Below, in pieces: positions 18,659 to 27,977 of a DNA stretch of 40,367 nt (position 1 is the first letter of the stretch; the number at the start of each line of letters is the position of its first letter). The notes under the pieces are model-generated. The model had not been told where the DNA came from. It saw only the letters and a program-made list of their open reading frames with translations, and searched no databases. Source of the stretch: a virus (Duplodnaviria; Heunggongvirae; Uroviricota; Caudoviricetes); IMG/VR virus record IMGVR_UViG_2728369591_000003, one strand, 5' to 3'. The position numbers and the translations under genes were made by a program.

Positions 18659-20248
18659 TTACTTAATAAGCAGCGGTACGCCCTGGATACGACGGGCTAC
18701 GCCAGTCGGGCAGCAGGCCCAGACTACTTCCCATTTATCGAATTCCGCCTGCGTAACTTTCAGCACATACGGTTCTGTACCGTCAGCATCGGGATCACGA
18801 GGAGCCACCAGAGCGCCGGAGGCGACAAAGCGATCTAAAAGTTTGGTCATCCCTTTAGTCAGGCCAGCCGCAGTAATACCGTCCGGGCTATGCTTCATCT
18901 GTCGGGCTAACTGGACAAAGAAACGACTGATTGCATTCATCAGGGATGGGACGTGCTGGAAGTGCAGATAGTTATCCTGCGTGCAGCAAGTTAAAGCATC
19001 GTCGATGATCATCTGGCCAGAGGTGCCAACAGATACTTTATTGAGACGGCCCTTGACCATTGCTTCTTCGTCCGGGGTATCTTCCGGATACAGCGGTTGA
19101 ATTGACGCACGAGCAATGCCGGCACGTTCTTCACCAGCCGGTGAGTAATGCCAACCGCCGACATCAGAGTTTTTCTTGACGCCACGAGCTTTCGCCGCAT
19201 ACGCCGCGCCAGACAGACCGAAGACCACACGGGATTGGGTCCATTTGTCTTTGCAGGAGAACGGGTAGTGATAGACAGAACAGCTTACATAATCGGTACC
19301 AAGTAAACCGGTACCCTCAACAGCTGTTAGTGCTTCTGCGTACCTTAATGTCGGTTTGACATCAAAGAAGCCATCAATCAGGCGATCTGCACAGATTTTA
19401 CCTAATGCGGTGATAGCCGCATTGTCATAGCAGCCCAGGCCAAGAACAGCGGTGTACATGTACGGCGCATTATTCAGCACTTTAACCGCACGCAGGTAAG
19501 CAGCGGTTGAGATTTTCGACTGATCGCCATTGGTACCGCCAGTGAATGCCACCGATTTTTTATTTGTTACTTTCGCTGTAGAAATCAGCTCTTCATTAAC
19601 AACCGCACGCAGATATTTAGAACGGGCTTCCAGAGCCGTAGGCAGATAACACAAGCGGCCCATGTCATCTTTCGCTTCTTCCGCCAAAGACACAGTGTGT
19701 GTCTCCAGGGTCGTTACCACGCCGAGCGAAGTCGTCTGGGTCAGTTTTAAGAGGAAGCGTTCATTACCCGCGCTGTCCGCTGTTGCCGTTTCGATGGTTA
19801 ACTCACGGGTAGGTGAAATACACGGATCACCATCATCAACGTAGATAGCAAAGGCTTCGCCGCTATCAAGTTCAATTTCAGAACCGTATGACAACGCACT
19901 GTTAGCCGGTTCGCCTGATTCATCGAACATAATAATCGGGAACTTCGCATCATCCGGAACAGCACGAACAACATAACCTGACGTTTGCTGAATAGCTTCG
20001 TATACATGGCGAATTGGTTCGAACTGTGAGCCGGAAGACGGCTTCAGCGGTTCGCCGAGAACATCTTCGTAATTGGACTCAGTAACCGCAAGAACAGTAA
20101 ACGGCTTGCCACGCGCAAATACGCCAATACCAGCCCACAAGCTGCTATTTAATGCAACACCGGTAGATAACGTCGCATCGGCATTGATCGGGCTAACCGC
20201 GACGCCGGATGCATTACCTAATGACTGTTGAATTGAATATTGAGACAT
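18659..20248 (-). CDS. Putative contractile tail sheath protein (529 aa, ~57 kDa)
   Basis: ATG at 20248. Size and position next to the head gene agree with my recollection of P1 gene 22 (sheath). No motif check was possible. Confidence 0.5.
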   Translation of the reverse strand: MSQYSIQQSLGNASGVAVSPINADATLSTGVALNSSLWAGIGVFARGKPFTVLAVTESNYEDVLGEPLKPSSGSQFEPIRHVYEAIQQTSGYVVRAVPDDAKFPIIMFDESGEPANSALSYGSEIELDSGEAFAIYVDDGDPCISPTRELTIETATADSAGNERFLLKLTQTTSLGVVTTLETHTVSLAEEAKDDMGRLCYLPTALEARSKYLRAVVNEELISTAKVTNKKSVAFTGGTNGDQSKISTAAYLRAVKVLNNAPYMYTAVLGLGCYDNAAITALGKICADRLIDGFFDVKPTLRYAEALTAVEGTGLLGTDYVSCSVYHYPFSCKDKWTQSRVVFGLSGAAYAAKARGVKKNSDVGGWHYSPAGEERAGIARASIQPLYPEDTPDEEAMVKGRLNKVSVGTSGQMIIDDALTCCTQDNYLHFQHVPSLMNAISRFFVQLARQMKHSPDGITAAGLTKGMTKLLDRFVASGALVAPRDPDADGTEPYVLKVTQAEFDKWEVVWACCPTGVARRIQGVPLLIK

Positions 20249-20263
20249 AACTTTCCCTGTTAT

Positions 20264-20282
20264 GCGCCCCGCACGGGGGCGC
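20264..20282. other. GC-rich hairpin between the head and sheath genes
   Basis: GCGCCCC gcac GGGGGCGC with no adjacent T-run; likely an RNA processing or attenuation structure. Confidence 0.4.
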
Positions 20283-20308
20283 TATGTTAAACGGAGAACT
20301 TCCCCTGA

Positions 20309-22015
20309 TTACTCAGAGTCACCGGCATCAATCGTGTCGCCGCTAATGAAGTTAAGCCCGCCTTTTTTGGCCATTGTCAGCGTTACACGAGTGAAGTAAT
20401 CAGCGCCGTTGCGTGGGTGCATATCGTTGATAGCCGAACCCCACAGCGTGGTACGGTTGACCAGCGCCGGAGTGGTCGGATGCTGGAACGGGATGGCCGG
20501 GACAGCATCACCAGTCACGAAGCCTGCTTTACCCGGATTTTCATCACGGACGTAGCACAGCACATCCATCGAGCTGAACTGAATGTTCTCTGTCGTTAAG
20601 TTCTTACAAATACCAGCAGGTACTTCGTACACTTTCACGTTACCGAACAGGGTACCGATGTAGTGAACATACGGAGTCTGGATATAGTCTTCGGCTGGCT
20701 GGAAGAAATCCTTCGGCAACTGTTTGAAGAAAGATGCTGCATCAGCACCAGCAAACATCCCCATCGCACCAGAAGATTTAACGCGCTCAATAATGTCGCG
20801 ATATACAGTCTGGAATTTGCCACGAATGATGGTTGCCCATACATCAAAGGACTGGTTAACCGGCAGAGCGATGTCAAAGGTGTCGGTCGCAAGAGTGCGC
20901 CAGATCATGATGCGAAGACGCAGCATATCCTGTTCATGAGACAGGTATTCCTTCAGGGTGCGGAACTGTAGGGAACCCAGGTCCAGACCAAATTCACGCT
21001 GTGCTTCATACGCCGCCTGTACCGTGTGCTCAGCCGCGATAACGAACTGACTTGGGAACAGGGTGTATTTCTTCATTTCGTGGTTGATCAGCGGGATCAG
21101 CTCAGGAGCGGCTTCAATATTGATTTCCGTCTCAATTGCGATCTCAGTGCCTTTATCCGGCGCTTTGGAGAACGACAGGGCAATCTGACCAATGTTGTAG
21201 TTCAGAGAGCAGGTAACAGTGATTTGCTCACCAGCAGCATTAGTAAACGAGTGAAGTAGGCTGCCGGAACCGTTATCAACAACAGACTTAATACGGTTAA
21301 CGTAGATGTTAGTGCGACCTTTTCGGATTGGTACATTCTGGCCTTCGAAGTCTTCCATCTTGAAGGTTGCGGTTTTGCTGGTGCCATCGGAGCTTGCCAC
21401 CAGCACATAGCGGCGACGTAACTGGCTGTACACACCGACGGATTGCATGTCCAGAACATCACCAGCAGCATAAGAACCAAAAGATGAACCTGCCACGTTA
21501 AAGACTTCATAGATGTCGGACTGGTCACGCGTAACCGGAATGAAGGTACACGCATCAGCGGTAGCTGCCCCCAACTGAACAGGCAGGATCATCGCGAGGA
21601 ATAAAGGCAGACGCATAACACCGTCAGAAACGCTCATCATCTCTGCTGCGACAGATTCCAGCATCGCTTTATTAGTGGCATCCATGCTATTGCGGGTGGA
21701 CTCAATCAGGCAGTTTTCCAGCGTCTGGTGGCAGGAGGCCAGAATTTCCGGACGCGGCATAGATTTATGTGCTGCGGCGTAGTCAGCCAGTGCACTTGCC
21801 CACGCTGTAGCGATTTGAGCGGTGGCATTATCAGAGATACCCACAAAAACCGGGTCTTTACGTGCAGCTTCAAGGATAGATGCGGCACGCGCGGCATCAT
21901 CTTTAATGAATTGGTTATCAGTACCGAACTGCGCAGTGCTTGCCCAGCCAAGCACAGCTTTAGAGCGTTTTGCGATATCTGCAATACGATTCTGGTATTC
22001 GCGTAAGTTACTCAA
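20309..22015 (-). CDS. Putative major head protein precursor (~568 aa)
   Basis: Long ORF immediately downstream of parS, as for P1 gene 23. The track start (TTG at 22036) lies inside a palindrome; an in-frame TTG at 22015 is preceded by AAGGAAG at 6-nt spacing and is preferred. The alanine-rich helical N-terminal ~120 aa resemble a delta/scaffold domain. Confidence 0.45.
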   Translation of the reverse strand: MSNLREYQNRIADIAKRSKAVLGWASTAQFGTDNQFIKDDAARAASILEAARKDPVFVGISDNATAQIATAWASALADYAAAHKSMPRPEILASCHQTLENCLIESTRNSMDATNKAMLESVAAEMMSVSDGVMRLPLFLAMILPVQLGAATADACTFIPVTRDQSDIYEVFNVAGSSFGSYAAGDVLDMQSVGVYSQLRRRYVLVASSDGTSKTATFKMEDFEGQNVPIRKGRTNIYVNRIKSVVDNGSGSLLHSFTNAAGEQITVTCSLNYNIGQIALSFSKAPDKGTEIAIETEINIEAAPELIPLINHEMKKYTLFPSQFVIAAEHTVQAAYEAQREFGLDLGSLQFRTLKEYLSHEQDMLRLRIMIWRTLATDTFDIALPVNQSFDVWATIIRGKFQTVYRDIIERVKSSGAMGMFAGADAASFFKQLPKDFFQPAEDYIQTPYVHYIGTLFGNVKVYEVPAGICKNLTTENIQFSSMDVLCYVRDENPGKAGFVTGDAVPAIPFQHPTTPALVNRTTLWGSAINDMHPRNGADYFTRVTLTMAKKGGLNFISGDTIDAGDSE

Positions 22016-22030
22016 TTTACTCTTCCTTAA

Positions 22031-22095
22031 ACACAAGGCACTTGTGTGAATCCCTTTTCGGAAGAGATTTTATTGAAAGTCACTTGTTGACTTTC
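22031..22095. promoter_or_regulatory. Two palindromes upstream of the head gene (candidate late promoter/operator)
   Basis: ACACAAG gca CTTGTGT at 22031-22047 and GAAAGTCA cttgt TGACTTTC at 22075-22095. The GTCA...TGAC core recurs upstream of the tube operon at 11136-11149. Confidence 0.35.
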
Positions 22096-22151
22096 TCGTG
22101 ACAAGCAATTTTTTTATTTTTTTCGGGAGTAGGGGAGGAAGGTAAAATCCA

Positions 22152-22240
22152 AGGTGAAATCGTGGCGATTTCACCTTGAAATTTTAGATAGATTTACTTT
22201 AAAAACAGTAGGTTAATAGTGAAATTTGAATGGCGAAAGT
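22152..22240. other. parS: parS partition site (centromere)
   Basis: Immediately downstream of the parB stop. Contains heptamer A boxes (ATTTCAC/GTGAAAT) and hexamer B boxes (TCGCCA/TGGCGA) around an AT-rich IHF-like core, including the perfect palindrome GGTGAAATCG tgg CGATTTCACC. Matches the P1 parS sequence as I recall it. Confidence 0.75.
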
Positions 22241-23242
22241 TTAAGGCTTCGGCTTTTTATCGAGGCTCTTTCTAAGGATATGCCCAATCATCCTGTCGAG
22301 TTCTTCCTGTAACTCTTTTGAGAGTCGATTAAACTCATAAGAAAATGCACGGCCTTTCACGCGCTTCCTTGCAAAGCGATCCTTGTCCTCAAATTTCCAT
22401 AATTCAGTAACTACGGACTTATCTTTAGAACCTTTATCCGTGAGTAGTGAGGCTTCCTTTGTTATCAAGCGCAGGATTTTATTTTTAACTTCATCTTCGG
22501 CCATTTCTTCAATGGATAAGATGTCGTTTATTTCCGGGGATATGTTTTGAATAAGCTGATCAAACTCTAAATTCTTGTTCCCCATTTCGTCGCCAACAGC
22601 ACAAAGCGTTTTGTAGTCCGAAAAGGTTAATTCCGACTGCACAGGGAAAAGGGCGACTAATTCTTCCGGAGCACTCGCTGCCTGGAGAGCACGCGTGACC
22701 TTCGCCTGAGACAGCCCTTCTTTGGCTGCAATATCCTTCTGACTCATCCCATCATTTTTCATTCGCATCAAACGCAGACCTATTTCTCGAATGCTGTGCT
22801 GCAATGCTGTCTGAACGTCTTTCGCTAAATTTTGCGCTTCCTGAACGCTGATCTCCTGGTCCGTGACTAAAACCCGCAACCCTACGTTCTCTAAGATGGC
22901 AGAAGCTCGACGCCGGGAACCATCCAAAATTTCAATTTTCCCTGTAGCCCGTCTGACACCTATTGCAGGGTAAAATTGCTGATGCTTAATAGTGCTTCGG
23001 ATACTTTTTAATGATTTTGGCGTAAGAGATGCCTGGTCACGCCCGTTGTTATGCTGATCAACAAAGGTATCGCTTTCTACCTGGTTCGGAGGTATTACCT
23101 CTTCAATAAATGTGGCCTGGCGACCAGTTGATAACTTGAATACCTGCTCGACTCGATCGCCAGAGGCTGAAGAACTATCAAATCCGCTTAATATTGAAGG
23201 ATTAAGGGTTCGCCCAATTGTTGGTCTGTTTTTCTTTGACAT
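22241..23242 (-). CDS. parB: ParB partition protein (333 aa)
   Basis: Translation MSKKNRPTIGRTLNPSILSGFDSSSASGDRVEQVFKLSTGRQATFIEEV... matches P1 ParB as I remember it; followed by parS and preceded by parA. Confidence 0.9.
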   Translation of the reverse strand: MSKKNRPTIGRTLNPSILSGFDSSSASGDRVEQVFKLSTGRQATFIEEVIPPNQVESDTFVDQHNNGRDQASLTPKSLKSIRSTIKHQQFYPAIGVRRATGKIEILDGSRRRASAILENVGLRVLVTDQEISVQEAQNLAKDVQTALQHSIREIGLRLMRMKNDGMSQKDIAAKEGLSQAKVTRALQAASAPEELVALFPVQSELTFSDYKTLCAVGDEMGNKNLEFDQLIQNISPEINDILSIEEMAEDEVKNKILRLITKEASLLTDKGSKDKSVVTELWKFEDKDRFARKRVKGRAFSYEFNRLSKELQEELDRMIGHILRKSLDKKPKP

Positions 23243-23258
23243 GGGGGTTTCTTACTCC

Positions 23259-24455
23259 TCAGTTAGATCTGATAAATTCAATACGGTCAAAAACTGCTTT
23301 AGCAAAATCTTCCGCAGCAATTCGCGCGTTCTTCAATGCATCAGCACTACCAACATACGTTGCCGGGTTAGCTGAAATAACAGTGTCAAAAGACTCGCCG
23401 CAGCGTTCAAAACCGTCAAGGCGAGGGAGGACAACATCAAGCATATCCCCACCGAACACTTCTTTAGCCAGGCTATGGCAATACTTATGGTCTGCCTTGT
23501 TACTCAACTTGGACATAAAACCAATGTTAGTTGCAAGCTGACACTCGCAGCCTTCATCCGAAATGAGTTTCACCAACTCAGGAAGGCGGGCAACGTATTT
23601 AAGCGATGAGTGGAAATCAACCGTTGCAGGCGGCAGAGGTGTAAACAGTATATTGGCCGAGGCCAAAGCATTTTTCAGGAAGGCGTCAAGGTGAGGACCA
23701 CTATCAACGAGGATAAAGTCATAATCGCTCTTCAGCTTATCAATCACATTCTCTTTCAGGACAGCATGGATGTTCTGACCCGGTAGATGCTCATTGCACA
23801 GCTCTCTCCAATCGGATGCAATAAAGGCATCGTCAATCGACGCAGGCATAACGTCAACCCCAGGTACAACAGAAGGAACAATAAACTCCTCTAACAGCTC
23901 TTCACGGCTTACATTCTGCAACATAGCCTGTGCAGATGTTGCGTTTACGATACCAATAGAGTGTTTATGGCTTAAAAACATCGTTGCTGAAGATTGCGGA
24001 TCAAGGTCAATAACCAGAATCCTTAAATCTTCCATCAGAAGATGAGGGTGGGCACGCATTGCATGCGCCAGAGAAACCGTCGATACAGTTTTTGACACAC
24101 CGCCTTTAAGATTGGAGATGAAAATCACATACGCTTCGCTGTAGCGATCCCGGTATTTTGGCACTCCGCGATGTTCATATATGTCAATGATGTTCTGAAT
24201 TGACATCGCATATTTCATTGAAGAGCCAGCAGGGCGTTTATCGAAAACATAACCCTTTTCTTCCATTTCACTTACGGCATAGTCAACGTTCGCACGAGTC
24301 AGTAGAGGCAATTTTGCCAGTGCCGCTTTCGCATAGACCTGGTAAAACTCGTTCGCGTGTAGCTCATCCTTTTGCAACTGTACTTGTTCAGTCAGAACAT
24401 TGAGCATTCTATTTGCTCTTTGAGCAACCTTGTGAAGCTGGCTGGAATCACTCAT
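23259..24455 (-). CDS. parA: ParA partition ATPase (398 aa), type Ia with N-terminal DNA-binding extension
   Basis: Deviant Walker A motif KGGVSKT within ISNLKGGVSKTVSTVSLAHA; 398 aa as in P1 ParA; immediately upstream of parB. Confidence 0.9.
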   Translation of the reverse strand: MSDSSQLHKVAQRANRMLNVLTEQVQLQKDELHANEFYQVYAKAALAKLPLLTRANVDYAVSEMEEKGYVFDKRPAGSSMKYAMSIQNIIDIYEHRGVPKYRDRYSEAYVIFISNLKGGVSKTVSTVSLAHAMRAHPHLLMEDLRILVIDLDPQSSATMFLSHKHSIGIVNATSAQAMLQNVSREELLEEFIVPSVVPGVDVMPASIDDAFIASDWRELCNEHLPGQNIHAVLKENVIDKLKSDYDFILVDSGPHLDAFLKNALASANILFTPLPPATVDFHSSLKYVARLPELVKLISDEGCECQLATNIGFMSKLSNKADHKYCHSLAKEVFGGDMLDVVLPRLDGFERCGESFDTVISANPATYVGSADALKNARIAAEDFAKAVFDRIEFIRSN

Positions 24456-24468
24456 CGAAAGTCATCCT

Positions 24469-24510
24469 TTATGCTGTATTTTTGAATTTAATTAAAAATG
24501 CTGCATAAAA
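24469..24510. promoter_or_regulatory. Imperfect palindrome in the par promoter region (candidate parOP operator)
   Basis: TTATGCTGTATTTTTGAATTTAATTAAAAATGCTGCATAA is an AT-rich imperfect inverted repeat just upstream of the parA start. Confidence 0.4.
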
Positions 24511-24594
24511 TAATAATGTATGCGTAGATGCTTGTACATAGCATTCTCTGCATGTTTGGTTCATTTTGCACGATTGAGAGTTACAAGGAGGGCA

Positions 24595-24616
24595 CAAAAA
24601 AGCCCCGTTCAGGGGC
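24595..24616 (-). terminator. Rho-independent terminator after the T5orf172-like gene
   Basis: On the minus strand: GCCCC tgaac GGGGC followed by TTTTTTGTG. Confidence 0.5.
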
Positions 24617-24749
24617 ATCAGTGTTATTTGCTAAGAGCAGCGAATAATCGTTCGAAATCGATAGTATCTATAGCACGCGTAAGCGCCGGAAGTTCAGCCT
24701 CAAAGTACCCGTGTCGATCGTAAAAGAAGGGACCGAAGAGCGAGGCATG

Positions 24750-25433
24750 TTAGATTCTACTTCGCCCCAGCCCGGACACACAGTTAAGCCCATTACCGGC
24801 TAAAAGGCTAAAAAACTTCTCTGGATTATCGTGGTAAAGCTGGGAATCAATGGTGGCGGTTAACTCTTCCATAGGGAAGCACACCCGCCCTGTATCCCAG
24901 GGATATTTAGTCCGAAGCATAAACATTGCTTTCAGCAATTCACATTGAGCGCGGATCGCGTCCGGTTCATAGCCAGATATGGAGACATAAGCCACGTCCC
25001 TCATTCCTGCGTCATCTTTGAAAGTCACGATAGAAGTAACATCCAGCTCTTTTTCGAAAGAGCGAGCAGCATCTACTGGACGCTGAAGTAAATCATTCGA
25101 CTTAATGCGCTCGAGAATCCCTCCCCACATATCATTTAGATATTCGATATGAGCCAAAACCTTATCAAGACACTCTCGTGTAAACCATTCAGTATGCCCG
25201 CCACCGACGCTTTTCTCCCACGGCGCATTCCAGGGGAAAAAGGTTGCGTGTAAAGCCCGCTCAAGATTAACCATTACCAAACGCGTACCACGATAGACCC
25301 GTGAAAGCGCAAAATCGGGACTCACTTGTAGCCCTTTAAACCGTGCCAATGGACCACATGAAATGCCGATTTTAAAAGTATCTCCGTTCTCTGGCACCAG
25401 AACGTAGAGGTAGTGTTGTTTCTCTTCTTGCAT
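24750..25433 (-). CDS. T5orf172 / GIY-YIG-like domain protein (227 aa)
   Basis: ATG at 25433. N-terminal ~90 aa carry the motif string YLYVLV...KIGIS...R...ERALH...GGGHTEWF, which I recognise as the T5orf172 family pattern (GIY-YIG-like start, KIGxT, E..lH, TEWF). C-terminal ~120 aa unassigned. Lies between the incA iterons and the par operon, with its own terminator. Confidence 0.55.
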   Translation of the reverse strand: MQEEKQHYLYVLVPENGDTFKIGISCGPLARFKGLQVSPDFALSRVYRGTRLVMVNLERALHATFFPWNAPWEKSVGGGHTEWFTRECLDKVLAHIEYLNDMWGGILERIKSNDLLQRPVDAARSFEKELDVTSIVTFKDDAGMRDVAYVSISGYEPDAIRAQCELLKAMFMLRTKYPWDTGRVCFPMEELTATIDSQLYHDNPEKFFSLLAGNGLNCVSGLGRSRI

Positions 25434-25468
25434 ATCAATACCACTGCTTGATGAGAACCGCGCAAATG

Positions 25469-25725
25469 TTGACTATGCGCGAAGGTTAATGTGAATAGTT
25501 GACTATGCGCGATGTGACTACAGTCAAAAGTTGACTGTAGTCGATTTAACTCCACCAAAGATCGACTATGTAAGATATTGTCGGGAGAAACGTTGACTAT
25601 ACGCGATGAAATGACCCTAAAAGCCATCTCAATAGCGACTTGCAGAATATTGACGCCAGCAAAAATCCACCAGCGTCAACGAATGTCGCCTATAGTCAAC
25701 TTCTCGCTATCGCATATAGTCAATA
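25469..25725. repeat. incA-like iteron cluster downstream of repA
   Basis: Copies of TTGACTATGCGCGA and variants at 25469, 25499 and 25583; inverted copies at 25685-25700 and 25712-25725; plus the palindromic pair GACTACAGTCAA / TTGACTGTAGTC at 25514-25544. Confidence 0.65.
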
Positions 25726-26610
25726 TTATGGATTGCGCTTATGGATCTGGAAGCCGATTTTCCTGCCGTTTTTTATCTCTGAAAATTTAAGATATTCAAT
25801 AGCTTCCAAATCTTTCATGGCTTTTCTGATAACGCTATTTTGCACGCTAACGGATGATTTGAGATTAAGCCTCGCTCTAAGGCGCTCAATGCTGACAGGT
25901 GCCGGGTTGGCGGGTAGAGCCTCAAAGAATGTATACAGTACCTTGGCCGTCTCTTTGCGCCCTAGTTTATCCAGCATCTTCAGCTTCAGGATTCGCTTAT
26001 AGTCAACATAGTAAAGTTCAGATAGCTGTTTCTGCGGCTGGATCTCGATAACATCAAGCTCGGTATTCAGGCTGCTATATGCCAACAAGTTGACGTTAAT
26101 GTTATTGAGATGACCTTTTGCCGCCGGGAAGCGGAATTTGACAACTGTCTGCTGAATGCGTGTCAGAGAGTCATCAATACTTTTACGGAACGCCTTTGAA
26201 AGGCGCTTACGTGGATAGCCGCATCGATCGGCAAACTCGGAGAATGGCAGGGTGATTATGCCGTCATCATCAGGTGCGTAGTCAAACAACGCGGAGGTTA
26301 TGCCCACCCACACCTTAAAATCAGTATCCATATCCAGGCGTGGACCATGAATTTCAATTCCCTCATAGCCTTCCTGCTCAACAATTTTGAGGCTTGATAG
26401 TTCTTCAGTTGCGTTCGTTGTGTTTGTTGTAACTGACGATCCGCGACGTAGCGCCACATTGGTAGATTTTAAGGTTGGCACAAACACACCTAAGCGCAAC
26501 AAAGCGATGGGTTGTATAGTGCTGTTGTTATTGGGCTTCAGGCTGTGGATTTCTCCTGTATTTCCTGCAACTTCTTCAACGCTAAGGAAGCCTTTACTTT
26601 CTTCCGGCAT
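25726..26610 (-). CDS. repA: RepA plasmid replication initiator (~294 aa), iteron-binding RepA family
   Basis: Shares LxxNxNxTxQPxALxRLGVFVP and GPRLDMDTDFKxWxG with P1 RepA as I recall it, but is otherwise diverged. ATG at 26610 (GGAG RBS) preferred over the upstream TTG at 26646. Flanked by iteron arrays on both sides. Confidence 0.8.
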   Translation of the reverse strand: MPEESKGFLSVEEVAGNTGEIHSLKPNNNSTIQPIALLRLGVFVPTLKSTNVALRRGSSVTTNTTNATEELSSLKIVEQEGYEGIEIHGPRLDMDTDFKVWVGITSALFDYAPDDDGIITLPFSEFADRCGYPRKRLSKAFRKSIDDSLTRIQQTVVKFRFPAAKGHLNNINVNLLAYSSLNTELDVIEIQPQKQLSELYYVDYKRILKLKMLDKLGRKETAKVLYTFFEALPANPAPVSIERLRARLNLKSSVSVQNSVIRKAMKDLEAIEYLKFSEIKNGRKIGFQIHKRNP

Positions 26611-26657
26611 CACGGTTTCTCCATGTGTGGCGCGGCCTGACGTCAATTTGGATGGCT

Positions 26658-26902
26658 GTTATCAACAGCTGTGAATATTCAGACTCTAAAATCGCTTACA
26701 GTCAATGTTTCTGTCGCGTATAGTCAACAATAAATCGCGTGCAGTCAACAATAAATCGTGCACAGTCAACATAAAATCGCGTATAGTCAATGTTGATCCC
26801 ATTTCAGGCCAGTAATGACGCGGCTTACAGCGATCCGGGATCTTCTTTGGATCTTCCTAGGTTCTCTTTAGGATCTGTTTATTGGATCTATGCTGTGGAT
26901 AA
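26658..26902. promoter_or_regulatory. oriR: Plasmid origin oriR: five iterons, a GATC cluster and DnaA boxes
   Basis: Five directly repeated iterons (TCGCGTATAGTCAAC-like) at 26692, 26715, 26735, 26755 and 26777, spaced ~20-22 bp. Five GATC sites within 26832-26888. A perfect DnaA box TTATCCACA (minus strand) at 26894-26902 and a one-mismatch box TTATCAACA at 26658-26666. Confidence 0.7.
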
Positions 26903-26908
26903 GTTGAA

Positions 26909-26932
26909 TAAACCGGCCAACAAAGCCGGTTG
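26909..26932 (-). terminator. Terminator-like hairpin downstream of the upf operon
   Basis: On the minus strand: CCGGC tttgttg GCCGG followed by TTTATTC. Confidence 0.4.
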
Positions 26933-26945
26933 GAAGGAAGTCATA

Positions 26946-27338
26946 TTATTCTACGCTTTCGATAAGAAGACCATGTTCATAACATTTAAGCTCATCGCCT
27001 TCGTACAGGAATTGGTATCCAATACCACCATTTTCATGGACATTAGGGAATAACTCATAACTCACTGAAGAGCAAATCACACCAATGCAACGATCAACGC
27101 CTTCTCGTTCTTCAGTGCTGAAAAAATCCTCTTCGGTAAGAACATGAGTACATTGCTCATCAGCATAGGTCGGAAATACATGCTCGATGCAATCCGGGTG
27201 TTTTAAACCAAGCTGATCGGCAAGCTCGAAAGCATGACGGTATTGTTCAGATCCTGGCTTGCCAACAGTGATGTGCTCAATTTTGTAGATTGAAGTCGCT
27301 TTGTTGATAGTTTGCTTTACTGTTACTTTATCAGACAT
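26946..27338 (-). CDS. Conserved phage protein (130 aa), upfA position
   Basis: ATG at 27338 with AAGGG RBS; first gene after oriR in the order P1 shows. Cys/His-rich. Confidence 0.5.
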   Translation of the reverse strand: MSDKVTVKQTINKATSIYKIEHITVGKPGSEQYRHAFELADQLGLKHPDCIEHVFPTYADEQCTHVLTEEDFFSTEEREGVDRCIGVICSSVSYELFPNVHENGGIGYQFLYEGDELKCYEHGLLIESVE

Positions 27339-27349
27339 AAAAATCCCTT

Positions 27350-27601
27350 TTAGTTACCGCTGATAGCGCGGTTGTAATCATTAACGTTGCGATTCTTCCT
27401 GTTAATCCCCATCAGCATCGTTTCTGTATCGAGGATATACGCTGGCAGATCATCAAAATATTCACTGCTAAACTCTGGCATCCTGCACATAAATGCACTT
27501 TTTGGGGCAGGGTGGTTAACCTTTGTCGGCGTCGGCGTTAAATTCGCTGATCGACTCCCGGAGCAACCGCTGAGTGTCAGCAGGAATACGCTGGCGAACA
27601 T
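27350..27601 (-). CDS. Small lipoprotein (mlp position)
   Basis: Internal start MFASVFLLTLSGC gives a signal peptide with lipobox LSGC; the longer track ORF (to 27682) lacks a signal sequence at its N-terminus. Confidence 0.45.
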   Translation of the reverse strand: MFASVFLLTLSGCSGSRSANLTPTPTKVNHPAPKSAFMCRMPEFSSEYFDDLPAYILDTETMLMGINRKNRNVNDYNRAISGN

Positions 27602-27938
27602 TACCCGCCGCAACCAGTTGTTTCTGAACTTCAGCTTTTCGTTCCATTTGCCTGTCAGCATATTTGGCTTGTTCTGATTCATTTTTCACTTCCTGGCTGT
27701 GAAAATGTTGCTCTGCTTTGTTCATCGTCTCAATGGTCTGGTTAAGATCCATTATTGACTTATCACGTTCCTTAACAGCCTGATCAAGACTGCCAATTTT
27801 CTCGATGGCTTGCTTTAGCTGATGACGTTCCCATGCAAACCCAGCACCAACAAGTGCGCAAATCAGAACAAGAACACCAGTAGCAGCAAGTTTCTCCTTC
27901 AAAGACAAAGCTGTTTTTAACGTAGAAAAGAATGACAT
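27516..27938 (-). CDS. Single-pass membrane/coiled-coil protein (ppfA position)
   Basis: Start MSFFSTLK..., one TM helix (GVLVLICALVGAGFAW) then a charged helical region. Overlaps the lipoprotein ORF by 86 nt in a different frame. Confidence 0.45.
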   Translation of the reverse strand: MSFFSTLKTALSLKEKLAATGVLVLICALVGAGFAWERHQLKQAIEKIGSLDQAVKERDKSIMDLNQTIETMNKAEQHFHSQEVKNESEQAKYADRQMERKAEVQKQLVAAGNVRQRIPADTQRLLRESISEFNADADKG

Positions 27939-27977
27939 GTCTTCCTCCTGAAGAAAAATTATCAATGAAGTCCTTTG

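Noticed and set aside
18404-18971. Plus-strand ORFs of 144 and 109 aa
   Set aside because: Antisense to the closely packed sheath and acidic-protein genes.
20264-20282. GC hairpin as a terminator between the head and sheath genes
   Set aside because: No U-run follows on the coding strand and the sheath gene has no obvious promoter of its own, so read-through is likely. Kept only as a structural element.
26790-27053. Plus-strand ORF of 87 aa
   Set aside because: Spans the GATC cluster and DnaA box of the origin and runs antisense into the upfA-position gene.
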